Shown here one piece after another: positions 8,427-16,593 of a stretch of 64,000 nt of DNA. The stretch's first letter is position 1; each line of letters starts with the position of its first letter. This stretch comes from a virus: the IMG/VR virus record IMGVR_UViG_3300048507_000465, positions 1 to 64,000 of that record; one strand, written 5' to 3'. Below the pieces are notes generated by a model. The model was given only the letters and a program-made list of their open reading frames with translations. It did no database searches and was not told the DNA's origin. The translations under genes were made by a program, and so were the position numbers.

Positions 8427-8492
8427 AATCTACTTCAATTTAATAAAACAGTGACAAGTCGTCACAAAAACAGCTTTGGCATACTTTTTTCA
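8410..8492 (+). promoter_or_regulatory. Putative sigma54-like heat-shock promoter with upstream TG(A/C)CA-N3-YGTCA boxes
   Basis: TGCCAATATGTCA (8410-8422), TGACAAGTCGTCA (8452-8464) and TTGGCATACTTTTTTCA (8476-8492) upstream of hsp20. Confidence 0.45.
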
Positions 8493-8539
8493 CTATTAGT
8501 ATTGTGCATAAGCACATAAACTAAATAAAAATTTAAAAC

Positions 8540-8914
8540 ATGTATTTAACAAATTTATCAAAACTAAACAACGGATCGTTTCACGACGCATTCGATTCAT
8601 TTTTTAACTTCCCAACATTAAGAAAAGATTGGGACACATTAGGAATTACTGGACCAGACTATAAAGTGGGTGAAGACTCTTTAATGGTTAGTCTACCAGG
8701 TTTTAGCAAGAAGGATATTAATATTGAAGTTGAAGGTCAGATCTTAACTATCTCTGCTGAAGAAAAAGAAGATAGCTTTGCAAAGGCTTTTACTAAGCAG
8801 TTTAGATTTCCAAACGAAACTGATATGGACACGCTTGCAGCTACAATGAAAGATGGTATCTTAACTCTTAACTTTAAGAACTCAAACAACAAGAAGACAA
8901 TCTCTATCAAATAA
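8540..8914 (+). CDS. hsp20: Small heat shock protein Hsp20
   Basis: LPGFSKKDINIEVEGQILTIS...FTKQFRFP...ATMKDGILTL alpha-crystallin domain. Confidence 0.92.
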   Translation: MYLTNLSKLNNGSFHDAFDSFFNFPTLRKDWDTLGITGPDYKVGEDSLMVSLPGFSKKDINIEVEGQILTISAEEKEDSFAKAFTKQFRFPNETDMDTLAATMKDGILTLNFKNSNNKKTISIK

Positions 8915-8928
8915 GGTAGAGATTTCTT

Positions 8929-8994
8929 CAAAATAGTTGCCATAGAATTTTTTTATGTCAATTATTTTTCGTATATTAGTACTGTAACTAAAAA
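8929..8994 (+). promoter_or_regulatory. ~65-bp repeated early-promoter element, copy 1
   Basis: caaaatagttgccatagaatttttttatgtcaattatttttcgtatattagtactgtaactaaaa immediately before ORF 9001. Confidence 0.85.
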
Positions 8995-9000
8995 TTAAAC

Positions 9001-9291
9001 ATGGAAGGATTCAATATCGACGACTATCTTAACGACCCAGAATTTGAAGGCAAACTAGAGAACTATCGTGAAAAGATGATTCTTGAGGCCATTGAGCATA
9101 ATTATCAGAACATTGTAAAGCAAGGTTTATCTGATTGGCATTTACGTGAAATGACTCATACAAATCTAACTGGGCTAAAAGAAACACTAATTTATATGAC
9201 AAAACACTTTATTGATATTGAGCAATATGAAAAGTGTGCCGTGCTACAAAAAGAGCTAAATAAGATAGAAGAGATATTGGAACGAGTTTAA
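9001..9291 (+). CDS. Small protein with C-terminal UVR (UvrB/C-like) motif
   Basis: HFIDIEQYEKCAVLQKELNKIEE. Confidence 0.7.
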   Translation: MEGFNIDDYLNDPEFEGKLENYREKMILEAIEHNYQNIVKQGLSDWHLREMTHTNLTGLKETLIYMTKHFIDIEQYEKCAVLQKELNKIEEILERV

Positions 9292-9294
9292 AAA

Positions 9295-9304
9295 GATATA
9301 TAAT
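9295..9304 (+). promoter_or_regulatory. GATATATAAT late-promoter-like motif
   Basis: Lies 12 nt before the start of a GC-rich hairpin pair, not before an ORF. Confidence 0.65.
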
Positions 9305-9306
9305 AA

Positions 9307-9382
9307 ACGCACATCCACTTAACGGAAGTGCGGGCCCCCGAAATAAACCCGTCGAAGACCTAGTGTTTTCGCGGGTTTTTTT
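9307..9382 (+). ncRNA. Candidate ~76-nt small RNA (two hairpins ending in an intrinsic terminator)
   Basis: Hairpin 1 cgcac-a-tcc-acttaac-gga-a-gtgcg; linker ggcccccgaaat; hairpin 2 aaacccg-t-cgaagac-ctagt-gttttcg-cgggttt plus T-run. GC-rich island with no ORF. Confidence 0.55.
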
Positions 9383-9399
9383 ATTGCAGATATTATGAT

Positions 9400-9409
9400 G
9401 ATATATAAT
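9400..9409 (+). promoter_or_regulatory. GATATATAAT motif, 12 nt before ATG
   Basis: gatatataat-tt-ATG(9412). Confidence 0.7.
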
Positions 9410-9411
9410 TT

Positions 9412-9954
9412 ATGAAGTATATTTTAACATTGGAAAAGTATCAGGCATACTCAGATTTTAAAAGAAGCTGGGGTTCTCCAGTAGAAATGAGAGAGGATGT
9501 AGAGTTTTGTCTTGGTAGACTATTACCTAAAGAAAATATGATAAAATCTATTGACGATCAGTCTAAAGATAAAGGTATTAAATTCTTTGTAGAATTAGAG
9601 TCTGGCGATTACATCCACATGTATAAAACATCTGCATATAGAATGCAACCAGAAGGATGGGAGTACTACTTTAATAAAAAGAAAATAAAATACCAAGAAT
9701 TAAAGAATAAACTAGAAGAAGACTTTATGTCAAAGCTAGAAACATTCTTAAAATACTTTAAGTCTTATGATTTTTACTATCAATATATTGATGATGGTAG
9801 ACAGTGGGAAGCTGCAAAGAGAAACAATAAAGTAATTGTAGATATGTATAATAACTTGTCAAATAACGAAAAGAAACAAGCTAAAAAACAAATAGTAAAA
9901 CACTTTAAATCTAAAGAGCTTAAGCCTCAAGTAGATCAGGTGTTTCCAAATTAA
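9412..9954 (+). CDS. Hypothetical protein, putative virion-internal (MKYILTLE N-terminus)
   Basis: 180-aa ORF behind the late motif; N-terminus of the shared MK(H/Y)I..E family. Confidence 0.75.
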   Translation: MKYILTLEKYQAYSDFKRSWGSPVEMREDVEFCLGRLLPKENMIKSIDDQSKDKGIKFFVELESGDYIHMYKTSAYRMQPEGWEYYFNKKKIKYQELKNKLEEDFMSKLETFLKYFKSYDFYYQYIDDGRQWEAAKRNNKVIVDMYNNLSNNEKKQAKKQIVKHFKSKELKPQVDQVFPN

Positions 9955-9959
9955 TAAAT

Positions 9960-10232
9960 ATGAAGCATATAAAACTTTTTGAAGATTTTGCTAGTGACAA
10001 TCCAGATCTAGAAAGATCTAGGCAATTCCAAGGTAGTATAGAAGACCTACACTCATGGATGAGTCGTAAGGCAAAAGAGACTGGCCATTCAGGTGAAACA
10101 AATCCATATAAAGATACTATAATGGTAAATGGCCCATATAAAGGATCGAAGGATGAGACATTACCTTATCAAGATTTTCAAAATGGAAAGTCAGACTTAA
10201 TTAAGAATAGACATGGACGACAAGATAGCTAA
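9960..10232 (+). CDS. Hypothetical protein, putative virion-internal (MKHIKLFEDF)
   Basis: 90-aa ORF with the shared N-terminal motif. Confidence 0.75.
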   Translation: MKHIKLFEDFASDNPDLERSRQFQGSIEDLHSWMSRKAKETGHSGETNPYKDTIMVNGPYKGSKDETLPYQDFQNGKSDLIKNRHGRQDS

Positions 10233-10377
10233 AGATATAGTAAAGCAACTTAAAAGAATTGCTGACGCAATGGAGGCAAATAATAAACGTGAAACTGTAG
10301 CTGAAAAACGTAAAGCTAAATTAGAGTCTTTACAAGTTAGAGAAATACGTAACACTTCTAAAACTGAAAGAGAGTGA
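10213..10377 (+). CDS. Small coiled-coil protein (54 aa, not in track)
   Basis: MDDKIAKDIVKQLKRIADAMEANNKRE...; its stop overlaps the DnaJ start (GTGA). Confidence 0.65.
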   Translation: MDDKIAKDIVKQLKRIADAMEANNKRETVAEKRKAKLESLQVREIRNTSKTERE

Positions 10378-11165
10378 GCCACTACCAAACTTTAGGTGTA
10401 GATAAAACGGCGACTCAAGCAGAAATTAAAAAAGCTTATAGGAAACTTAGTATGCAACACCACCCTGATAGAGGTGGGAATACTAAAAGATTTCAAGAAA
10501 TAGCAGATGCATATAATATAGTTGGTGATGAAACTAAACGCCAGCAATATGATGCTATGCAATCAAATCCATTTGCTAATTTTGGTAATATGGGTGGAAT
10601 GGATGGAAACTTTGGAGATTTGTTTAATCAAATGTTTGGTCAACAAAGACAACAAAGTAAGGGAAATGATTTACGTGTACAAATGCACATTTCTTTTAGT
10701 GAAGCCTTTTATGGGTGTACTAAAGTATTTAATATAGATGGTAGGCCTATTACACTAGGTATTAGACCTGGTGCTAAATCTAATCAAAAATTAATCTTAA
10801 GGGGCCAAGGCCAAGCACATCCATTTAATAGCCAATTACCTAATGGCGATATAATAGTAGAACTAAGCGTCGAATTAAATTCAGAAAATATAATAGACCC
10901 TCAAAATAATATTTGGAGAGATATAAGTATGCCTTGGTATGATATTATGATAGGGGGTAAAGTTAGTATTAGCACAATAGATGGCGCTGTTTCTATAAAT
11001 ATTCCTAAAAATACAAAACCTGGAAAAGTACTTAGATTAAAAGAACGAGGATGGCCAGACTATAATACCGGAGTAAGGGGTAATTTAATGGTAAAATTAA
11101 TTCCAACATACCCGGATTTAAACGATGAGCAACTTGAATATATAAAAAAAGTACAAATAAAATAA
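10374..11165 (+). CDS. dnaJ: DnaJ/CbpA-type co-chaperone (J-domain + C-terminal domain, no Zn finger)
   Basis: HYQTLGV...IKKAYRKLSMQHHPDRGG (HPD), G/F-rich linker, DnaJ_C (LRLKERG..RGNLMV). Confidence 0.92.
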   Translation: MSHYQTLGVDKTATQAEIKKAYRKLSMQHHPDRGGNTKRFQEIADAYNIVGDETKRQQYDAMQSNPFANFGNMGGMDGNFGDLFNQMFGQQRQQSKGNDLRVQMHISFSEAFYGCTKVFNIDGRPITLGIRPGAKSNQKLILRGQGQAHPFNSQLPNGDIIVELSVELNSENIIDPQNNIWRDISMPWYDIMIGGKVSISTIDGAVSINIPKNTKPGKVLRLKERGWPDYNTGVRGNLMVKLIPTYPDLNDEQLEYIKKVQIK

Positions 11166-11426
11166 ATGGATTATTTTAGTAAAAGAAATAGAAGAAGGTT
11201 TGATAGATTTCAAACTATTATAGAAGGCTTATTAGTTAATGATAAGGGCCAATTCTTTAATTTACTTTACGGGGCAATGATAGAACACCCATCTTATGTT
11301 ATTTTATCTGATATGCCTATTGATAGAAAGTTTAATCTATTAGATGAGATGATGGAATATTATGAGTCGCATGAGGATTATGAGAAATGTGCTAAATTAT
11401 TAAAAATTCAAAAAGAGGTTAAGTAA
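11166..11426 (+). CDS. Small protein with C-terminal UVR-like motif
   Basis: YYESHEDYEKCAKLLKIQKEVK. Confidence 0.7.
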   Translation: MDYFSKRNRRRFDRFQTIIEGLLVNDKGQFFNLLYGAMIEHPSYVILSDMPIDRKFNLLDEMMEYYESHEDYEKCAKLLKIQKEVK

Positions 11427-11427
11427 T

Positions 11428-11628
11428 ATGCTAATAGTAAAATTAGAGAAGAAAACAAATATCGAAAAGGCACTTAAGCAATTAAAATCTAAAGTTATTA
11501 GAACAAAGCAGCTTAAAAATCTTAGGGATAGAAAACATTTTACCAAAAAGTCGGAAAAGCAGCGTTTACAAAAGAGTAAGGCTATTTATATACAGAAGTT
11601 AAAAACCGACGAAGAATTAAATTCTTAA
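11428..11628 (+). CDS. rpsU: Phage-encoded ribosomal protein bS21
   Basis: MLIVKL..NIEKALKQLKSKV..TKQLKNLRDRKHFTKKS..R.QKSKAIYIQ; 66-aa basic protein of Bacteroidota bS21 type. Confidence 0.9.
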   Translation: MLIVKLEKKTNIEKALKQLKSKVIRTKQLKNLRDRKHFTKKSEKQRLQKSKAIYIQKLKTDEELNS

Positions 11629-11754
11629 CCAAATTTCAAATATAATATACTAATAATTTTAAAGTAAACATATCTATATCAGATATGGTACTTAAATATA
11701 TAATAATGTAAAGTAGGTGTGTAAATACCTAAGATTAAAAAGAATAAAAACGTT

Positions 11755-12015
11755 ATGAGTGGGTTTATCTCAAATACAGATAAAGATAGTTTAATGAGAG
11801 CTAGTTATTATCAAATAACTAGAAATTTTACAAAAACTGTAAACCGCTTTGTTGCGTTTAAAGATGAGGATAAGTTAATTGAAATACCTCATGGTATTGG
11901 GCAACGTTCTAAATTTATAGATTTATTAATTAAATATTTTGAATCATTGGAAGAATATGAAAAGTGTAATAAATTAATGAAGTTAAAAGATCTAGTCATA
12001 ATGGCTGGGGACTAA
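11755..12015 (+). CDS. Small protein with C-terminal UVR-like motif
   Basis: YFESLEEYEKCNKLMKLKDLV. Confidence 0.7.
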   Translation: MSGFISNTDKDSLMRASYYQITRNFTKTVNRFVAFKDEDKLIEIPHGIGQRSKFIDLLIKYFESLEEYEKCNKLMKLKDLVIMAGD

Positions 12016-12028
12016 ATATATTTAAACT

Positions 12029-12712
12029 ATGGCAAGAACCTCTAGAGCAGCATCGATCGCTGCAGGCATTAAGCAAATCAGATTAAGAAACGGACAACGT
12101 GACTATGTTGAAACAATAGCTAAAAATGATATAACATTTTGTTATGGACCTGCAGGAACTTCAAAAACATTTACAGCATGTTATAGTGCTTTACAAATGT
12201 TGCAGAATAAAGAGATTAAAGAAATTATATTATGTAAGCCAATCCAAGAAGCTGGTGAAAAGCTTGGACATTTACCAGGTGGTATTGAAGATAAAGTCGA
12301 TCCCTATATGAAATCATATAAATCTAATCTAGTTAAAATTATCGGTCATGAATTAACCGAGACTCTATTTGAAAAAAAGATAATTAGATTTGAACCATTA
12401 GCTTATATGCGAGGAGATACATTTGATGATGCGCTTATGGTTTTAGATGAAGCTCAAAATGCTAACTTTAAACAATTAATGTTATTCGTAACTAGAATGG
12501 GTAGTAAAAGTAAAGTTGTAGTTACTGGGGATGTTAGTCAAGCAGACATTCAAGCATCGCAAGTTAGCCTACCTGATTTTATTGAACTTATACAAGATGT
12601 AAAAGGAGTTGGAACTCACATCTTTACAGAGAAAGATATTGTTAGGGCTAAAATATTACAAGAGGTAGTAGTTCGTTACGACAAATGGAAAATTCAAAAC
12701 AACATCAAGTAA
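12029..12712 (+). CDS. phoH: PhoH-family ATPase
   Basis: GPAGTSKT, EAGEKLGHLPG, PLAYMRGDTF, LDEAQN, TRMG..SKVVVTGD..Q.D. Confidence 0.95.
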   Translation: MARTSRAASIAAGIKQIRLRNGQRDYVETIAKNDITFCYGPAGTSKTFTACYSALQMLQNKEIKEIILCKPIQEAGEKLGHLPGGIEDKVDPYMKSYKSNLVKIIGHELTETLFEKKIIRFEPLAYMRGDTFDDALMVLDEAQNANFKQLMLFVTRMGSKSKVVVTGDVSQADIQASQVSLPDFIELIQDVKGVGTHIFTEKDIVRAKILQEVVVRYDKWKIQNNIK

Positions 12713-13164
12713 AAATACGCAAAGCGACAACAGATGATCTGGAGTCTATTTGTGATATTTACACTTCAGCCTTTAAGGGTACTACCAGTCCTTCAAATAG
12801 ACAGTGGTGGAATATATTAGAAGATAATAATATACATTACTACGTTGCAGAAGTCGATGGCTTTGTAGTAGGAGTTGCATCCTTGATTACAATTAACAAA
12901 TTAATTAGAGGCGGTAATAGAATAGGTTTAATCGAAGATGTGGCCGTATCTAAAACTTCTGGTAGTAGGGGCGTTGGTAGAATGCTAATTGAAAAATTAA
13001 AAGATTTAGCAGTAGAGCGAGGGTGCTATAAGGTAATACTTAACTGCTCGGAAGATAATATAGGCTTCTATAAAAAATGTGGCTTCTATCAGAATGAGGT
13101 ACAAATGAGATGGGATCGACCTGTAGAACTAGGACCAAAAGCTAGAAACAAAGGACTCTTTTAA
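12685..13164 (+). CDS. GNAT acetyltransferase, glucosamine-6-phosphate N-acetyltransferase (GNA1)-like
   Basis: KLIRGGNRIGLIEDVAV..GSRGVG..L..LAVERGCYKVILNCSEDNIGFYKKCGF. Confidence 0.8.
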   Translation: MENSKQHQVKIRKATTDDLESICDIYTSAFKGTTSPSNRQWWNILEDNNIHYYVAEVDGFVVGVASLITINKLIRGGNRIGLIEDVAVSKTSGSRGVGRMLIEKLKDLAVERGCYKVILNCSEDNIGFYKKCGFYQNEVQMRWDRPVELGPKARNKGLF

Positions 13165-13172
13165 GGTATAAC
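13146..13172 (+). promoter_or_regulatory. AAAC-N17-TATAA motif
   Basis: aaac-aaaggactcttttaagg-tataac upstream of RNase HII. Confidence 0.7.
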
Positions 13173-13191
13173 TGCTAAACAAGTTATATCT

Positions 13192-13818
13192 ATGTCTAAA
13201 ATCATATTATTAAAACACAGTCACACTGGCAATCCTCAAACCATTGAGGTAGGTGTAGATGAAGCTGGTAGAGGCGCACTCGCTGGACCAGTAACCGTAG
13301 CGGCATGTATTATGCCTTATGGATTCCAACATGAACTTATTAAAGATTCTAAGATTCTGAAAGAAGACGAGAGGGTAGAGGCTCGCCAACTAGTCTTAGA
13401 TAACTGTTTAGCATACTCCATTCAACACATCGATGTAGAGCAAATAGAAAACACTAACATTTTAAAGGCTACCTTAGAAGGCATGAGAAGAGCTCTTGAG
13501 GCCACTGCAAAAGAACATGATTTTGATTTTATTCTAATAGATGGCGATCAATTCCACGGTTTTGATGGTAAACCTTTTGAAACGGTAGTTGGTGGAGATA
13601 ATATCTACACGAGTATCGCGGCAGCTAGTATCTTAGCCAAAACAGAAAGAGATAATTATATGCGAGGCCTAGAAGGTGGTAATGTATATGGTTGGGGTTC
13701 TAATAAAGGCTATGGTACTAAACAACATATTACTGCAATTAAAGAAGCAGGCGCAACAGAACATCACAGAGATTCATTTATCTCACATTTATTAACCACT
13801 ACAAGTCAATTATTTTGA
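13192..13818 (+). CDS. rnhB: Ribonuclease HII
   Basis: GVDEAGRGALAGPV, DSK, LIDG, GD..Y.SIAAASILAK..RD, NKGYGT..H, HRDSF. Confidence 0.95.
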   Translation: MSKIILLKHSHTGNPQTIEVGVDEAGRGALAGPVTVAACIMPYGFQHELIKDSKILKEDERVEARQLVLDNCLAYSIQHIDVEQIENTNILKATLEGMRRALEATAKEHDFDFILIDGDQFHGFDGKPFETVVGGDNIYTSIAAASILAKTERDNYMRGLEGGNVYGWGSNKGYGTKQHITAIKEAGATEHHRDSFISHLLTTTSQLF

Positions 13819-14165
13819 GAGGTTTAGGATTAGGTATTCTGTTCTATTTAATTGGACAGACGTTAATATGGTTTCAGACCAATGGGCAATTTATTTCTCC
13901 ATGGGCTAAAAAAAATACTTTACTACTTTCTATTATAGGGGGAACTATTATTAGTTGGTTTTTTATTAATGGTACTAGATTAGTTGCTGACCATTACGAT
14001 GGATTACTTTGGCCTGGAAGATTCTTAGGATTTTCAATGGGTATTACGTCATTCGCTTTTTTAACCTGGTATTTTATGGGAGAAGGAATTAATATAAAGA
14101 CTTGGGTTAGTTTAGCATTAGCATTTGCTTTAATCTGTGTACAACTATTCTGGAAAGTATCATGA
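13815..14165 (+). CDS. Small 4-TM membrane protein (SMR/DMT-like fold possible)
   Basis: Four hydrophobic segments in 116 aa; ..FMGEGINIK..VSLAL pattern. Confidence 0.6.
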   Translation: MRGLGLGILFYLIGQTLIWFQTNGQFISPWAKKNTLLLSIIGGTIISWFFINGTRLVADHYDGLLWPGRFLGFSMGITSFAFLTWYFMGEGINIKTWVSLALAFALICVQLFWKVS

Positions 14166-14419
14166 AGTTGCCTTGGTTAGAAAAGGGTAAACCTACAATA
14201 GTAGCTGTTTATAGAAAACAAAAGACAAGTAATAAACATTATATGATTGTAACAGATATTCATGTAGATGTAATTAATAATGGTAGAGCAACTAAACCTA
14301 TCATAGATCATAAATACGATATTGTTGAACTGGGAATAGGTTTTAACTTTATTGAACAATGGTCTAAAAAATATAATATTAAAAAACCACAAGTACTTGA
14401 AAAATATCCTACAAAATAA
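14162..14419 (+). CDS. Hypothetical protein
   Basis: ATGA overlap with the upstream gene. Confidence 0.65.
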   Translation: MKLPWLEKGKPTIVAVYRKQKTSNKHYMIVTDIHVDVINNGRATKPIIDHKYDIVELGIGFNFIEQWSKKYNIKKPQVLEKYPTK

Positions 14420-14477
14420 TTGCCTCTAGATTTTTATATGTCAATTATTTTTCGTATATTAGTACTATAATTAAAAA
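14412..14477 (+). promoter_or_regulatory. Repeated early-promoter element, copy 2
   Basis: caaaataattgcctctagatttttatatgtcaattatttttcgtatattagtactataattaaaaa. Confidence 0.85.
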
Positions 14478-14485
14478 CAAATAAT

Positions 14486-14698
14486 ATGAAAAACCCAATT
14501 TGGAAAGCTTTTTTTATGCTATTGATAATGGTACCGCTTGCAGTTGTTGCAGCTACCGCATTATGGAATGGTGTATTAACTCAAGTAGTTACAATAGTTG
14601 GACCTATTAATGTTTGGCAAATGGCCGGACTAATGCTGCTTTGGTATATCATGTACCCTGGTACTAAACCAAAAATAAATACGAAGAATGAAGAGTAA
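14486..14698 (+). CDS. Small membrane protein
   Basis: Two hydrophobic segments; directly behind the early element. Confidence 0.7.
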   Translation: MKNPIWKAFFMLLIMVPLAVVAATALWNGVLTQVVTIVGPINVWQMAGLMLLWYIMYPGTKPKINTKNEE

Positions 14699-15149
14699 GA
14701 AGATAGTTTATTTCGACATGGATGGTGTGTTAGTAGATCTAGCAGCTAAAATAGCCGAGTACCCCCCAGAAGCAGTTAAGAGAGCAGAAGAATTAGATCT
14801 AGTAGATCAGATGCCTGCACTCTTTTTAGACCCACCTCCAATAAAAGGTGCAATAGATGCATTCAATAAATTTGTCAAATCAGACAAATATGATTGTTAT
14901 ATCTTAAGTACTGCGCCATGGGAAAACCCATCGGCATGGATGCACAAAAGATTGTGGGTTGATAAGTACCTAGGTGAAGGAGCTTACAAGAGACTTATTC
15001 TATCTCATAACAAGAACCTAAACATGGGCGACTACCTCATCGATGATAGAACTAAGAATGGAGCTGGTGAATTCAGTGGTGAGTTGATTCAGTTTGGAAG
15101 TGATGAATTTCTAAATTGGGAAAGTGTAGTAAACTATTTAAAACCTTAA
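14688..15149 (+). CDS. 5'(3')-deoxyribonucleotidase (NT5C-type HAD)
   Basis: YFDMDGVLVD, LSTAPW..P.AW..KRLWV, K..NMGDYLIDDR..NG. Confidence 0.88.
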   Translation: MKSKKIVYFDMDGVLVDLAAKIAEYPPEAVKRAEELDLVDQMPALFLDPPPIKGAIDAFNKFVKSDKYDCYILSTAPWENPSAWMHKRLWVDKYLGEGAYKRLILSHNKNLNMGDYLIDDRTKNGAGEFSGELIQFGSDEFLNWESVVNYLKP

Positions 15150-15150
15150 T

Positions 15151-15387
15151 ATGATTTTTGAAGAAAACGTTGAAGCTATTTTTGCAATGAATAAAAAAGC
15201 ACATGCTGTAATTTTAAGCTGTAATAAACTAGAGCATCTTGAAGGTGCTCATAATTACGTAGCTAATTTAGAAAGGTTCTTTAGAAATATTAAATGTAAT
15301 CAACAAATATCAAAAGGATATTTAGCTAAATCATTAAGCAATATAAAGACTATTCTTAAAATACAAAAAAGAAAATTAAAGTCTTAA
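15151..15387 (+). CDS. Hypothetical protein
   Basis: 78-aa ORF in operon context. Confidence 0.65.
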   Translation: MIFEENVEAIFAMNKKAHAVILSCNKLEHLEGAHNYVANLERFFRNIKCNQQISKGYLAKSLSNIKTILKIQKRKLKS

Positions 15388-15402
15388 TAATCAAACTTTT
15401 TA

Positions 15403-15467
15403 CAAAATAAGTGCCTCTAGATTTTTTTATGTCAATTATTTTTCGTATATTAGTACTGTAATTAAAA
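15403..15467 (+). promoter_or_regulatory. Repeated early-promoter element, copy 3
   Basis: caaaataagtgcctctagatttttttatgtcaattatttttcgtatattagtactgtaattaaaa. Confidence 0.85.
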
Positions 15468-15476
15468 CTATAAAAA

Positions 15477-15944
15477 ATGAAAAAAGTAATATTTGATTTA
15501 GACGGGACTTTAGCCCTCATTGATAAGCGAAGAGCTATCTCTACTAAAGATAATGGTAAAATGGATTGGGATACATTCTTCGATCCTAAAAACATTGATC
15601 TTGATTTACCACATGATGCTGTAATTAAAATGGCTCAAATGCTTAGTGCAGCTGGACATATGATTGTTATCTTTAGTGGTAGATCTAAAGCAACTAAAGA
15701 CGCAACCAACGCTTGGTTAAAAAAGTTTAATGTTCCATGTGATGTATTAAAGATGAGACCGACTAGTAAAGACTTTCAGTTTATGCCAGATGACGATCTT
15801 AAGAAGAAATGGTTTAACGACTTATTTCCAACACAAAAACATATTGATGATATAGTTTGTGTATTTGATGACAGACAGAAAGTAGTTAATATGTGGAGAG
15901 ATATGGGATTAACTTGTATGCAAGTTGCTCCTGGCGATTTCTAA
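15477..15944 (+). CDS. HAD 3'-phosphatase (T4 PseT/PNKP phosphatase-domain-like)
   Basis: IFDLDGTLA, FSGR, LKMRP..D...DDDLK, VFDDRQKVVNMWRDMGL.CMQVAPGDF. Confidence 0.88.
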   Translation: MKKVIFDLDGTLALIDKRRAISTKDNGKMDWDTFFDPKNIDLDLPHDAVIKMAQMLSAAGHMIVIFSGRSKATKDATNAWLKKFNVPCDVLKMRPTSKDFQFMPDDDLKKKWFNDLFPTQKHIDDIVCVFDDRQKVVNMWRDMGLTCMQVAPGDF

Positions 15945-15962
15945 AATTGTTAATAACTTTAA

Positions 15963-16027
15963 CAAAAAAAGTGCCATAGAATTTTTTTATGTCACTTTTT
16001 TTTCGTATATTAGTACTGTAATTAAAA
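15963..16027 (+). promoter_or_regulatory. Repeated early-promoter element, copy 4
   Basis: caaaaaaagtgccatagaatttttttatgtcacttttttttcgtatattagtactgtaattaaaa. Confidence 0.85.
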
Positions 16028-16039
16028 ACAAACAAAACT

Positions 16040-16354
16040 ATGTCAAACATTTTAACATTCGTACTTAGGAACTCCATGGGAGATTCAACAAACAATGGTC
16101 TTACTTCAAGAGAAGACTCAATCGTTCTGCATTACGGTTCAGATACTGATTTAGCAGATTTAACCTTAATTCCAGATGATGAATTAGTCTTAGTAGAAAG
16201 ACACTTGTTCGGAGAAGAAGCTTGGTATGCAGTTCCTGCTGGAATTTACAAAAGCAATAAGCATTCAATGTTCGGTGGTAACTTTATCCACACTTCAGAT
16301 TCAAGGTTTCCTGGCAGAGCGCCGATTCCTGTTCATGATAGAGTAGAATCATAA
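16040..16354 (+). CDS. Hypothetical phage protein
   Basis: 104 aa; MFGGNF..TSDSRF..PIPVHDRVE C-terminus. Confidence 0.75.
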   Translation: MSNILTFVLRNSMGDSTNNGLTSREDSIVLHYGSDTDLADLTLIPDDELVLVERHLFGEEAWYAVPAGIYKSNKHSMFGGNFIHTSDSRFPGRAPIPVHDRVES

Positions 16355-16563
16355 TGAGCATCTACACACATCCAAAAGGTACATCGTGGTACTACAGAGA
16401 AATGGGTTCCAGAAACAAAAAGACTGGTAAGTTATCTTACTACAATGTAAAGGTAACAGACTATAAAATTGTAGACTGTGAATGTAAAGCCAGAGAGTTT
16501 AGCCGTTATACTCCATGTAAACACATGAAAAGATTACATGAAAAAATTGGCCATAGTTTGTAA
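16354..16563 (+). CDS. SWIM-type zinc finger protein
   Basis: CECKAREFSRYTPCKH (CxC-xn-CxH). Confidence 0.75.
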   Translation: MSIYTHPKGTSWYYREMGSRNKKTGKLSYYNVKVTDYKIVDCECKAREFSRYTPCKHMKRLHEKIGHSL

Positions 16564-16593
16564 GTTTTAAAATAAACATGTAATTATATAAAT

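Noticed and set aside
8955-8961. TTGACA on the opposite strand of the early element as a divergent sigma70 promoter
   Set aside because: No TATAAT at 17 nt, copy 4 lacks the hexamer, and there is no gene in that direction for most copies.
9307-9382. 76-nt structured region as a tRNA
   Set aside because: No cloverleaf, T-loop (TTCGA) context or acceptor stem; it ends in a terminator U-tract. No tRNA or rRNA was recognised in the window.
8929-16027. The repeated ~65-bp elements as a CRISPR array or IS ends
   Set aside because: Spacing is irregular (0.5-24 kb), the intervals are whole genes, and there is no cas or transposase gene; orientation tracks the downstream ATG.
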